Assembly: GCA_034530875.2 (NCBI GenBank)
Contig: JAVRCJ020000016.1
Coordinates: 1 to 64,000 of the forward strand
DNA length: 64,000 nt
DNA from: Nostoc sp. DedSLP01
GTDB lineage: Bacteria; Cyanobacteriota; Cyanobacteriia; Cyanobacteriales; Nostocaceae
Direction: 5' to 3'
The notes beneath the pieces are model-generated. The model was given only the letters and a program-made list of their open reading frames with translations, was not told the origin of the DNA and ran no database searches. Below, piece after piece: positions 26,072 through 36,665 of this stretch (position 1 is its first letter; every line of letters starts with the position of its first letter). The position numbers and the translations under genes are program-made.

Positions 26072-26830
26072 CGCCACTTGCTACAACGGGGGGAACCCCC
26101 AAGGGCGCAGTGGCTCGACTTGAGGCGACTGGCGCGATCCGGTGTGGGGTGTAGGGATGAGCTATTATTTTTGTCCCCCTGTCTCCTTGTCCTATTTCTT
26201 CCTCTACACCCTACACCCTACACCGCACACCGATTTTTGGCCAGTTTTGCCGCTGGGTTTAACCCCTACTACATAGTTACCAGTTCTCAGCGATCGTTGA
26301 ACGCCAGAAACTGATAAATTATTTCAATCTTCACCATACGCCTGATAACTGTTGACTGAATTTAACACGTAAATATTGCTAATTCAGTCAAATTATGATT
26401 CATAAGCGAATGGCAAAAATATGGATGTTTTTAGTAATTATAGTCAAATCTCCACACTTATTTTCATACTACCAATAAGTGGAGAGTGGATACACAGGCG
26501 ATTAACCCTTGTCTGTATACTTGTATAACTAGTGGGGACTAAAAAATATCCGTTTGCGATCGCGATAGTCAAAAAATAATTACAGCCCGATTCATAGGCT
26601 CTGAATAGATCGCGCAATCAAATAGGAGTTCTATCCATAGCATTCCTATTTGATTGCGTGAAAAAACTCCTCACAATTCCTTTCTCACATACAGGCAAAT
26701 AATTTCAAAATCAAAGTAGATTATTATCGGTTTCATATTTGATTGCATGAAACAAATCTTCTTCAACTTGAAAAGCCCGATCGCTCCCTACTCAGCTAAG
26801 TAAATTTTGAAATTTAATTATAACCCCATA

Positions 26831-26960
26831 TATAGGAATCATATTTGATTTCTGAAAAAAATCAAGTACACCCAAACAAGGCTTCTTTCCCACTCCCTAC
26901 TCCCTATTCCCTACTCCCTGCCTATACAAATAATTTCAGGAATAAAACCGGATTTCTATA
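26831..26960. repeat. About 130-bp MITE-like repeat with imperfect TATAGGAATC termini
   Basis: Reverse-complement homolog of 28095-28287; internal CTCCCTA STRR. Confidence 0.7.
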
Positions 26961-26982
26961 CTCAGCTATCGATTTAGAAAAA

Positions 26983-27600
26983 TTAATTTGGGATTTCCTC
27001 TTGGTCTTCAAGCATCACAGATGCTTGTCGTTTAGCATGAATATTTTTCATGTGCTTTTTCACTGTATTAATAGTGATGAAAAGCTTATTAGCAATTTCT
27101 TTATAACTGTAGTCGTTTCTGTAGAGACACCAAATTTCTGCTTCTCGCCTCGTCAGTTCAAATTTTTTCACTTCAGTGAGTGCGACATATTTTAGAGACT
27201 CGTATTGATTTTGGATGGATACCAAAAAACAAGGTGAATCAAAACCATCTAAATCAATTAATCTAACTCGAATTCTAAAAATATTTGATTTGTCAAGTAC
27301 AATTTCATCTGAGAGAACAATCAGTTTGTCAGAAAGCCAAGACCGATTGCTAAGTAAGGACTCACAAAGATTCCAGATAGCTGGCGGAACAACATTCTCA
27401 TTACAATTGTCTTGATTAAATTGGCAACAAACACGATCGGCTGATGCATTAGCATGAAGCACTTTTCCAGCCTTACTTAAAATTAAAAGACCATCTTCTA
27501 AGCCTTCTATTACTTCTTCCAAAAAATTAGCTCGCTTTGAATCATAGTTAATATTTGTTTGCCGTTGTGTTTCAACTAATACCTTTGTAAGAGTCATCAT
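26983..27600 (-). CDS. LuxR-family HTH transcriptional regulator with PAS-like N-terminus
   Basis: LTRREAEIW...SYKEIANKLFITINTVKKHMKNI. Confidence 0.9.
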   Translation of the reverse strand: MMTLTKVLVETQRQTNINYDSKRANFLEEVIEGLEDGLLILSKAGKVLHANASADRVCCQFNQDNCNENVVPPAIWNLCESLLSNRSWLSDKLIVLSDEIVLDKSNIFRIRVRLIDLDGFDSPCFLVSIQNQYESLKYVALTEVKKFELTRREAEIWCLYRNDYSYKEIANKLFITINTVKKHMKNIHAKRQASVMLEDQEEIPN

Positions 27601-28094
27601 AATAAGGATTTTAATATACACTGGGCTAGTGAATGATGAGATTCATCGAGATAAGATATTTACGATGATTTTTGACATCGTTACCTGAATCCATTGGTTG
27701 AACATTACAGTTCAATTATGGTCACAAAAACTAAAGCTACTGTTAGGTTTTATACATATAATTTAGATACTTACGTAACAGCATTATGTAGTTTTTTTGG
27801 ATTATGTAAGACATACATTTATATACAAAGCTGAAATTATCTATTTCGGAAGCTGTAACCAATACATTTGAAATATTAGTGGAAGGGCATCTGTTGACTC
27901 GTAACTCTTCTTTACTCTTAAAACTCACTAGGTATCGCATTTAAATCAGCAAAAGGGTAGCAATTTGTCTGATTTAGGAGATTTCTGGCTCATCAACAAC
28001 CTAGTTAAAGTGTATTGAAGACACTTGTCCTAAATAGCGATCCCCACAAAATACAATAATTATCTAAATTGCAATCAAAGTATACATACGTGTA

Positions 28095-28287
28095 TATAGG
28101 AATCCGGTTTGATTTGGAGAATTTATTTGTGTGGTGCGCGTACCCCTGCGGGGAAGCAAGTTACGCAAAGCGTCTCGCAGAGAAGCGCAGCGCAAGCGCG
28201 ATAGACAGGGAGTAGGGAATGGGGAGTAGGACAGAAGGCTTGTCTGGATGTACTGTTTTTTTCACGCAATCAAATGTGAGTCCTATA
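28095..28287. repeat. MITE-like repeat (family of 26831-26960) carrying an approximately 60-bp nested insertion
   Basis: TATAGGAATCCGGTTTGATT ... AATCAAATGTGAGTCCTATA; GC-rich insert at about 28135-28200. Confidence 0.7.
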
Positions 28288-28316
28288 TTTACCTTGCTAT
28301 GCACTAGCAAGGTAAA
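28288..28316. terminator. Perfect 12-bp hairpin (possible terminator/regulatory stem)
   Basis: TTTACCTTGCTA-TGCAC-TAGCAAGGTAAA. Confidence 0.45.
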
Positions 28317-28428
28317 TCGCCAAGAATATATCGATTAAAAATGTAGTTTAGCGGCGAGGAAAATTTTTGACTACAATGCAGATGTCTACTAGGCGGCGTC
28401 CTGTCTAACTAAATTCACTAAATTATCG

Positions 28429-29472
28429 ATGAGTAATCAACTACAAGACTATAATCCCAGCAGCGTGGGTGAGATAAATGGCAACCTTTTGGGTTTACCA
28501 TTCGATTACGAGTCTGCAAACTTGATTGTCTTTGGCGTACCGTGGGAAGTCACTGTTTCTTATGGTGCAGGTACAGCTAACGGCCCGCAGCGGATTTTAG
28601 ACGCTTCCACTCAATTAGATTTGTTTGATTTCGATTCTCCCGATGGCTGGAAACAGGGAATTTTCATGGTAGAAATCCCGCAAGACATTTTAGAAAAGAA
28701 CAAATATTATCGCACCTTAGCAGCAGAAATTATCGAACGACTAGCCCAAGGCAGAAAACTCTCAGATGCACCAGATCTCACACCACTGTTGACAGAAATT
28801 AATCAAGCTTGCCAACAAGTTAATCAATGGCTATTTGAAAATTGTCAGCAAGCAATTCGTAATAATAAACGAGTTGCTGTTATTGGTGGAGATCACAGTT
28901 CACCTTTAGGTTATTTGCAAGCATTAGCAACTCACTACCCAAACTATGGCATTTTGCACGTTGATGCACATGCAGATTTACGCGATGCTTATGAGGGATT
29001 TGAATTTTCTCATGCGTCTATTATGTTTAATGCAATGAAAATACCGCAAATTTCTAAGTTAGTGCAAGTGGGTTTGCGTGATATTTCTCATGATGAAGTA
29101 CAACTAATTGACGAATCCGAACGACGCATTATTGCTTATTACGACCCGATTATTAAACAAAAACTTTACTCTGGCACAACTTGGAGTTATTTATGTAGAG
29201 AAATTATCAATCATTTACCTGAATATGTTTATATTAGCTTTGATGTTGATGGTTTAGATCCAAAACTTTGTCCCAGTACAGGTACTCCTGTTCCCGGTGG
29301 GTTGGAATTAGAGCAAACATTTTGTCTATTTCGGGAATTAGTAAGTAGTGGGAGAAAAATTATTGGCTTTGATGTCTGCGAAGTCGGTGATGGTGAATGG
29401 GATGGTAATGTTGGGGCGCGGGTTGTTTATAAGCTGGCGAATTTGATGGATTTGTCAAATAAAATTCAGTAA
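28429..29472 (+). CDS. speB: Agmatinase/ureohydrolase family protein
   Basis: GGDHS, DAHADLRD, SFDVDGLDP...TGTPVPGG. Confidence 0.85.
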   Translation: MSNQLQDYNPSSVGEINGNLLGLPFDYESANLIVFGVPWEVTVSYGAGTANGPQRILDASTQLDLFDFDSPDGWKQGIFMVEIPQDILEKNKYYRTLAAEIIERLAQGRKLSDAPDLTPLLTEINQACQQVNQWLFENCQQAIRNNKRVAVIGGDHSSPLGYLQALATHYPNYGILHVDAHADLRDAYEGFEFSHASIMFNAMKIPQISKLVQVGLRDISHDEVQLIDESERRIIAYYDPIIKQKLYSGTTWSYLCREIINHLPEYVYISFDVDGLDPKLCPSTGTPVPGGLELEQTFCLFRELVSSGRKIIGFDVCEVGDGEWDGNVGARVVYKLANLMDLSNKIQ

Positions 29473-29920
29473 ATTTTTTGTAGGGTGCTTTACGAAAGAA
29501 GGCAGGAGGCAGAGGGCAGGAGGCAGGAGGTTAGGAGTATTAATTAAAACCATATTTTCTGGGTATAAAGCCCAGTTTAAAAGAAGAATGGTATCAGCCC
29601 AGCGCGAGATACAAAGCCCAGCCACTGCGGTGGCCGGGTTTCCCGGCATAAAGCAAGTGGTGTCCACCTACTTAGTCCCGTGTTTTAAAACGTGGGTTTC
29701 CCACACCCCACACCCTACCCTCTACACCCTTGGAATATCTGCTTAATACACCCTACAATATAACTTTTTCAAAATTGGTCAAGAGCGATCGCTAAATATT
29801 GAGCTTTGGTATTTGCAAATTCAGCGATTCTCAATAGCAACTAAGAATTAGCCAGCTAGTCTTGTATCTACTTTCTTCATTCTCAGGTAGGTTGGGAATG
29901 TAGAATTCAAATTATCGAAA

Positions 29921-31531
29921 ATGTCTTTAACCGAAGAAATTCTTTCCCAATTACCGGGTGACGTTTTAGCAGGGTTGCGTCAGAGCGATCGCATTTTAAC
30001 ATCCCTGAGAGAAAACACTGCGCCCATACCAAATTTAGTTACCCAAAGTCAGCAGCCTTTGGGCGTTGCAGACTGGGATGTGGTTATCTGCGGCGGCACC
30101 TTGGGTATTTTAATCGGTTCGGCTTTAGCTGCCAAGGGGTTACGCGTAGCATTGCTGGAACGGGGAATTCTGCGGGGAAGAGAACAAGAGTGGAATATTT
30201 CTCGTAAAGAATTAGATGTATTTTTGGAATTGAATTTGTTAACAGAAGAGGAATTAGAAACTGCGATCGCCACTCAATATAACCCAGCACGAGTAGGCTT
30301 TCATGGCGGTACAGAAATTTGGGTAGAAGATGTTTTAAATATCGGTGTAGACCCAGTATATTTGCTGGCTACATTAAAAAAGCGATTTCTCGATGCTGGT
30401 GGCAAGCTGTTAGAAAACACACCTTTTACAGAAGCAGTAGTGCATCCAGATGGGGTGATAGTAAATAAGCAATTTAAAACTAGATTGTTAATTGATGCGA
30501 TGGGGCATTTTTCTCCCATTACCCAACAAGCACGTCAAGGAAAAAAACCAGACGCCCTTTGTTTAGTAGTAGGAACTTGCGCCCAAGGTTTTCCGGAAAA
30601 TAACTCAGGCGATTTGTTGTTATCATTTACATCTTTACAAAATCAATGCCAGTACTTCTGGGAAGCGTTCCCGGCTAGAGATGGTAGAACCACTTATTTG
30701 TTTACCTACATGGATGCACATCCCCAACGTTTCAGCTTGGAAACTTTCTTTGAGGAATATCTGCGTCTTCTACCAGAATATCAGGGTGTGGAATTGAGCC
30801 AGTTGAAATTTCAACGGGCATTGTTTGGCTTCTTTCCCAGCTATCGCCAAAGTCCCCTCAAAACTCCTTGGAATCGCATTTTACCAGTGGGAGATAGCAG
30901 CGGGAATCAATCTCCCTTAAGTTTTGGTGGTTTTGGTGCGATGGTGCGCCATCTGAAGCGTTTAACATTTGGCATTGATGAGGCACTGCAAACCGAACAA
31001 TTATCTGCAAAAGCGCTGTCACTCCTGCAACCGTATCAACCCAGTTTGACTGTTACCTGGTTATTTCAAAAGGCAATGAGTGTGGGTATAAATCAGAAAA
31101 TTCCCCCACATCAAATTAACCAACTACTATCAGCTGTGTTCGCAGAAATGCAAAAATTAGGTACACCAGTGCTCAAACCATTTTTACAAGATATTGTCCA
31201 ATTTTGGGCACTAACTCAAACACTATTAAAAACTAATTTCTCTCATCCAGAAATAGTTATCAAAATAATTCCCCAAGTAGGTTGGACAAACTTATTAGAT
31301 TGGCTAATACATTACACTAATTTAGGTGTTTATACTGCCTTATTTCAGGCAAGTCCAATGTTAGAAACATGGATAAAGAACCAATCAAGCGAACAACAAT
31401 ATTATTGGCATCGTTTGATTGATGCTTGGAAGTATGGTTCTGGCGGTGATTACTCAGATGAAACTTACAGCCGAATTCAGAATGGGCTACGCCCCGCTAC
31501 GCTAACAGGAGTCAAAAGTCAGAATGGTTAA
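29921..31531 (+). CDS. cruP: FAD-dependent oxidoreductase, CruP/lycopene-cyclase-paralog family
   Basis: DVVICGGTLG, GREQEWNISR, QYFWEAFP, QSPLSFGGFG, WKYGSGGDY. Confidence 0.7.
   Translation: MSLTEEILSQLPGDVLAGLRQSDRILTSLRENTAPIPNLVTQSQQPLGVADWDVVICGGTLGILIGSALAAKGLRVALLERGILRGREQEWNISRKELDVFLELNLLTEEELETAIATQYNPARVGFHGGTEIWVEDVLNIGVDPVYLLATLKKRFLDAGGKLLENTPFTEAVVHPDGVIVNKQFKTRLLIDAMGHFSPITQQARQGKKPDALCLVVGTCAQGFPENNSGDLLLSFTSLQNQCQYFWEAFPARDGRTTYLFTYMDAHPQRFSLETFFEEYLRLLPEYQGVELSQLKFQRALFGFFPSYRQSPLKTPWNRILPVGDSSGNQSPLSFGGFGAMVRHLKRLTFGIDEALQTEQLSAKALSLLQPYQPSLTVTWLFQKAMSVGINQKIPPHQINQLLSAVFAEMQKLGTPVLKPFLQDIVQFWALTQTLLKTNFSHPEIVIKIIPQVGWTNLLDWLIHYTNLGVYTALFQASPMLETWIKNQSSEQQYYWHRLIDAWKYGSGGDYSDETYSRIQNGLRPATLTGVKSQNG
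31473..31512 (+). repeat. 40-bp dispersed repeat, copy 2 (inside the 3' end of the oxidoreductase ORF)
   Basis: One mismatch to 22365-22404. Confidence 0.85.
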
Positions 31532-31641
31532 AAAATCAATAGTTTTATACCTACTGAATTCTGTTCAAATTATCAAGCTTGCATATTCAAGCCTGATTAA
31601 TTCTGAATTCTGATTAGATAATATATGTGTGTGAGGATAGT

Positions 31642-32346
31642 ATGATTGAAAAGAAATCTGTAGAAATCAAATACTTTGCAGTATTGATTGGTTTCCTGCG
31701 CGATCGCCAAGGCTTTTTAGAGGAAGTTCGCCAAGGTACGAGATTACCAAATAAAATCATCTCTTTACTTGTTTGTAGCTCCTTGTTCCTTGCTATCTAC
31801 GGCGGAATCATTGGTGCATATCATAGCTGGATGCAAGCTTTGTCTTCCGCCATTAAACTCCCAGCCCTTTATTTAATTACGCTGCTGATTTGTATTCCCA
31901 CGTTGTATTTTGCTAATGTGATTTTTGGCTCAAAGCGGACTTTAGCACAACATTTAGCATTAGTATTAACTGCGGTTTCAATTACTAGCGTACTTTTATT
32001 TAGTTTTGCGCCCATTACTCTATTTTTCTTAATCACTACCAATAATTATCAATTTTTGATTCTTTTAAATGTCTTCATTTTTGCGCTAACTGGATTTATT
32101 GGAATTTCATCCTTATATCACGCCACGAGTTTAGTTTTAGAACAAGATAATGAAGGTACTAAGACACGCCAGAAGATTTTACAATTTTGGCTATTTCTTT
32201 ATGCTTTCGTTGGTAGTCAGCTAGGATGGACTCTCAGACCATTTTTTGGCACACCTGATTCTGCATTTCAATTGTTCCGAGAAAGAGAAGGAAATTTTTA
32301 TCTGAGTGTAATTCAAGCTATTAGCTATTTGTTGGGAAACCGTTAA
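31642..32346 (+). CDS. Integral membrane protein (paralog 1)
   Basis: About 5 TM helices; AIKLP, QLGWTLRPFFG, GNFY. Confidence 0.85.
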   Translation: MIEKKSVEIKYFAVLIGFLRDRQGFLEEVRQGTRLPNKIISLLVCSSLFLAIYGGIIGAYHSWMQALSSAIKLPALYLITLLICIPTLYFANVIFGSKRTLAQHLALVLTAVSITSVLLFSFAPITLFFLITTNNYQFLILLNVFIFALTGFIGISSLYHATSLVLEQDNEGTKTRQKILQFWLFLYAFVGSQLGWTLRPFFGTPDSAFQLFREREGNFYLSVIQAISYLLGNR

Positions 32347-32389
32347 TTTCCGATTATAAATCCAAGAAAATATCAACTGTAAATCCATT

Positions 32390-33097
32390 ATGTTGGAAAA
32401 GCAATCTCGCGGCGTTAAACAATTTAATGTTTTAGTGAATTTACTACGCGATCGCCAGTCATTTTTAGAAGAAATTCGTCTGGGAATCAGATTACAAAGT
32501 AAAATCAGTTCTCTGTTCGTATCTAGCTCGATTTGCTTTGCCATCTATGGAGCAATTATCGGCGCATCCCACGGCTGGGCACAGGCATTATCTAGCGCTA
32601 TCAAACTACCCACCTTTTATTTATTAACGCTGATAATTTGTTTTCCCACTTTATTCTTTTTTAATGTTTTGTTTGGTTCTCGGAGTAGCATTCAACAACA
32701 TTTCGTTGTCTTGCTCACATCTGTATCAGTCATTAGTGTACTTTTATTCAGTTTTGCACCAGTCACACTATTTTTTCTGATAACTACCCCTGACTCTTAT
32801 CAATTTTTCAAACTGTTGAATGTCTTCATCTTTGGAATCACAGGTATTTTTGGCGTTAAATTTCTTTATGAAGGAATACAATTACTGTCACAACAAGATG
32901 AAGTAGGGAAAAAAACCCGCACTACGATTTTAAGATCGTGGTTATTGCTTTATGCCTTTGTTGGAATGCAGCTAGGATGGTTTTTCAGACCATTTTTTGG
33001 TGCCCCCGACTCTAAATTTGAGTTATTTCGAGCCGTGAAAGGTAACTTTTACTTAGATATAGTAGCCGCAATTTCAGAAATTTTAGGTTTGCGTTAA
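32390..33097 (+). CDS. Integral membrane protein (paralog 2)
   Basis: Collinear with 31642-32346; AIKLP, QLGWFFRPFFG, GNFY. Confidence 0.85.
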   Translation: MLEKQSRGVKQFNVLVNLLRDRQSFLEEIRLGIRLQSKISSLFVSSSICFAIYGAIIGASHGWAQALSSAIKLPTFYLLTLIICFPTLFFFNVLFGSRSSIQQHFVVLLTSVSVISVLLFSFAPVTLFFLITTPDSYQFFKLLNVFIFGITGIFGVKFLYEGIQLLSQQDEVGKKTRTTILRSWLLLYAFVGMQLGWFFRPFFGAPDSKFELFRAVKGNFYLDIVAAISEILGLR

Positions 33098-33539
33098 TCA
33101 CATACCATGACTTGTGGTACAAAGCTTAACAAGCAGCAGTTAAACATTTGTGCTTTTTATAGCTTGGCAAATTGGCAACTATTACAAAAATAACTCTGTT
33201 ATTTTCAATACCATACAAGGTGTATTTGCACTTTCAAGCTATTTAGACGGGTTACAACCCGTCTTTATTTATAGCCAAAAACCCAGTCGTTATGACTGGG
33301 CTTTTGGTGGGCTATATGACCCGAAGGTTAGTTATAGAAGTTAGATATAAGTCGTTCATTGTTCTGATAATTACTACAACCCCGAGATTGGGAATTCCAG
33401 AAAATGAGTGCTGTTGTTTCCTTGTGCATTTTATCGAAACAATCGGCTCTAATACCGTACTTCGTCCAAAGTTTTTGGAATGGGGTATAAATCCTCATTA
33501 CAAAAATAACCTCCTGTCCCCTGCCCCCTGCCTTCGTTA

Positions 33540-34643
33540 TTATCTGGAACTCGCTGAACTCGACTGTGGTTCGGCTGAAACAGGCACATCACTGGGACTC
33601 GTAGGAGTTTCAGGTTGATTTTCTGTCTGTGGCACAGGTGTTTGTTCTACATTACTTGTAGAATCTGAATTCTGGGAAGGAGTAGCAGTTTGGGCTTGGG
33701 GTTGCTGCTGGTCTTTCTTCTGGGCAATTTGCTGCATTAGCTGTTCAATTTTTTGGGCTTGTTCGATATTGCCTTGCTGACGATATTCATTATGAGCGCG
33801 TTTCAATGCTCCGTTAGCTTTTTTGATCTCGCCCTGATTATATAAAGTTACTCCCAAGTTATAGTAAGCTGAGGCATTTTTGGGATCTTGACGAATAGCT
33901 TGCCGATAAACAGAAATCGCTTCAGCAGGTTGACCGTGAATAGCCAGCAAACTTGCCATATTGTTGTAGGCTGCGGCATTTTTGGGATCTAGCTGTAAGG
34001 CTTGGCGATAATTAGCGATCGCAGCTTCTATATTTCCTTGCTGTTGCAAGGCGATCGCTAAGTTAAAATAAGCGTTGGCGTTACTGGTATCGAGATTAAT
34101 TGCTTGTTGATATGAAGCAATGGCTTCTTGTAACTGTCCTTGTTCGTACAGTACTAAGCCTAAATTATACAAAGTATCAACTTTTGTTGGATTGATAACC
34201 AAGCTTTGGCGATAAGCAGTAATTGCTGCTTGTTTTTCTCCTTGTCGATACAAGACTAATCCCAAGTTGTAATAAGCTTCACTAAAATTGGGATTAATTT
34301 TAATTGCCTCTGCATATTCTTGAACAGCCACATCCAAGCGATTTTGTTGCAAGAAGATATTGCCAAGATAGTTCCTTGCAGCACTCAAGTTAGGATCTTT
34401 CTGCAATGCTTGACGAAAGGCATATTCTGCACCCTGGAAATCATTGCGGTTATAGCGGACAACTCCCTGTTGAAAGAAGCTTGCTGCTTCCAAGTCCTGA
34501 GAAATCACCTTTTGTGCTAACAGCTTGCTTCCTGGAAAATTAATAATTGTTGGTGCAGCCAAAACCACAAAGGCAGAACAACCAGAGAGTGTAATTTGGA
34601 AAAATAAATGTAACCACTGAGAAACTGGGTATTTTTTGGACAT
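33540..34643 (-). CDS. Tetratricopeptide repeat protein
   Basis: About 7 TPR units (AYYNLG...AI..Y..A...P) and P/Q/S/T-rich tail. Confidence 0.92.
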   Translation of the reverse strand: MSKKYPVSQWLHLFFQITLSGCSAFVVLAAPTIINFPGSKLLAQKVISQDLEAASFFQQGVVRYNRNDFQGAEYAFRQALQKDPNLSAARNYLGNIFLQQNRLDVAVQEYAEAIKINPNFSEAYYNLGLVLYRQGEKQAAITAYRQSLVINPTKVDTLYNLGLVLYEQGQLQEAIASYQQAINLDTSNANAYFNLAIALQQQGNIEAAIANYRQALQLDPKNAAAYNNMASLLAIHGQPAEAISVYRQAIRQDPKNASAYYNLGVTLYNQGEIKKANGALKRAHNEYRQQGNIEQAQKIEQLMQQIAQKKDQQQPQAQTATPSQNSDSTSNVEQTPVPQTENQPETPTSPSDVPVSAEPQSSSASSR

Positions 34644-34769
34644 GAATACCAGACCTATACTTATTTTTAAACTCCTCATAAAGTCAGAGTACCCACGACG
34701 CCCAAAAAAAATGCCAAATTCTCAACTTTTAACTCCCAATTCTTGTACAGACAAGGGTTCATCGCGTCT

Positions 34770-35957
34770 CTACTGACTCCCGACTCCCACAGCTTCCGGT
34801 AAAATCAGCATGGCATCACCGAAAGAATAGAAACGATACCGAGAAGCGATCGCCTCGTTGTATATTTTTAACAACCGTTGTCTGCCAATCAGCGCACTCA
34901 CCAACATCAGCAAACTCGAACGTGGCAGGTGAAAATTCGTAATTAAACCATCAACTACCCGCCATTGGTAACCCGGATAAATAAACAAGTTTGTCTTACC
35001 ACAAAATGGTTCCAAAATACCAGATTGAGCCGCCCCTTCCAAAGCCCGTACTACTGTTGTCCCCACAGCAATAATTCGGCCGCCAGCAGCTTTGGTAGCG
35101 CGCATTTGCTCTACTGTAGCAGCAGGAACTTCAATCCATTCTTCATGCATTTGGTGGGTAGTTACATCCTCCACTTCCACAGGGCGAAATGTGCCGACAC
35201 CAACATGTAGCGTTACAAAAGCTCGATTAATTTGGCGATCGCTTAACTTTTCTAATAATTCTGGGGTAAAGTGTAATCCTGCCGTAGGAGCTGCGATCGC
35301 TCCTGGTCTTTCGGCATAAACTGTTTGATACTGTTCGTCAGCAGCTTCAGAAGCATTAATGTATGGAGGTAGCGGTACTTCCCCAAATACCTCTAACAGT
35401 TGCACCAAAGATTTCCCCTCTGGCACATCAAATTGCAACAAACGTCCCCCAGTTGCGGCGTCTGTTTCTAAAACCGTAGCGGTAAGTTGGGTACTAGGGG
35501 TTAGGGAAGATTCTTCCCCATCCCTAATACCCAATTGCTTCGCTTCAAAAATAATCCTCGTTCCCAACTTAAAGCGTTTTCCTGGCTTGACTAAAGCTAA
35601 CCAACAGTTATGTTGCCTCTCTTCCAATAGCAAAACTTCGATTTCAGCACCAGTGGATTTATGACCGTAAAGCCGGGCTGGAATCACTTTTGTATTATTC
35701 ATCACTAACAAATCGCCAGACCGCAACAGTGTAGGCAATTCATAGAAAATGTGGTTTAAAGGTGCTGTTTCAATGCCTGTAGTAGGAGAATTGACTACTA
35801 ATAACCGCGATGTATCTCTAGGAAATGCTGGGTTTTGGGCAATCAGTTCTGGAGGTAATTCATAATCATACCCAGCGATCGAACAATCTAATTCCAAATC
35901 TTGTGCTTGCGAAATCGAAGCGTTGTTTAAATTTAACTGTGCTATTTCTCTCTTCAT
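34770..35957 (-). CDS. queA: S-adenosylmethionine:tRNA ribosyltransferase-isomerase
   Basis: [46 protein letters not shown]. Confidence 0.98.
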   Translation of the reverse strand: MKREIAQLNLNNASISQAQDLELDCSIAGYDYELPPELIAQNPAFPRDTSRLLVVNSPTTGIETAPLNHIFYELPTLLRSGDLLVMNNTKVIPARLYGHKSTGAEIEVLLLEERQHNCWLALVKPGKRFKLGTRIIFEAKQLGIRDGEESSLTPSTQLTATVLETDAATGGRLLQFDVPEGKSLVQLLEVFGEVPLPPYINASEAADEQYQTVYAERPGAIAAPTAGLHFTPELLEKLSDRQINRAFVTLHVGVGTFRPVEVEDVTTHQMHEEWIEVPAATVEQMRATKAAGGRIIAVGTTVVRALEGAAQSGILEPFCGKTNLFIYPGYQWRVVDGLITNFHLPRSSLLMLVSALIGRQRLLKIYNEAIASRYRFYSFGDAMLILPEAVGVGSQ

Positions 35958-36205
35958 TTACTGGTATTTATACTGCTGGAAAAATATTGGTTTGAGTTTA
36001 GGCTTATAAGCAACTCTAAGACATTCCTGCTCAATTTTATTTATATAGCAGAAGATAAGTTCTATTCGGTAACACGTATAAATGCAAGATAAAAATTGGG
36101 TAAACCTCCCCATCTAAAAACGGGGGCTTTTACCCTACCGGGAACAGGCATTAATTGACGAATATAGATATGTAGGATTGGCTTTGATCGCAGGCACCAA
36201 CAAAC

Positions 36206-36595
36206 ATGGAATACTTGTATTATTTGGCTAATGCCAGTCTAACTCTGAGGGTCGTTCAATACCTACACGCTAGACCCCAGACACCTGTTTCGTTCGTTAC
36301 CGTAATTCATCAAATTGATGGCTGGGTCGTTAGGATTAAACTTAAAGGTCAAATCTCAGCTCAAGAAGATGGTGACTTTCGCGCTTTTCTAAATGAATTA
36401 GGAATTAGCTACGAGCCACCAATGAGGGTGCAGATGGCACTTTGGAGTTTGGAAGCGGGACAGTGCCCTGTGGATGTAATGCGTCGGTATCAGGTAGCCA
36501 TAGTCTCTCATGGCAGCCCAGAAAGAGATGAAATCGAAGCTTTCCGGCAACAGTTTGTCCGGGGCTTAGGTTATTGCCCAGAAACCTTGGCGTGA
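36206..36595 (+). CDS. Conserved cyanobacterial hypothetical protein
   Basis: 129-aa ORF, YYLANASLTLRV...GLGYCP. Confidence 0.75.
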   Translation: MEYLYYLANASLTLRVVQYLHARPQTPVSFVTVIHQIDGWVVRIKLKGQISAQEDGDFRAFLNELGISYEPPMRVQMALWSLEAGQCPVDVMRRYQVAIVSHGSPERDEIEAFRQQFVRGLGYCPETLA

Positions 36596-36665
36596 TTTGA
36601 TTTGCTTGTCACGCAAGTACAAAATTATTGGTAATTGGTAATCAAAATATTTTATTCATTACTGA

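Noticed and set aside
29545..29705. Hairpins resembling IS200/IS605 ends (CCCGTGTTTTAAAACGTGGG)
   Set aside because: No transposase or tnpB remnant nearby; cannot be distinguished from generic palindromic repeats.
36098..36135. Imperfect palindrome GGGTAAA...TTTACCC between queA and the 129-aa gene
   Set aside because: Could be an operator, but no regulator can be assigned and there is no second copy in the window.
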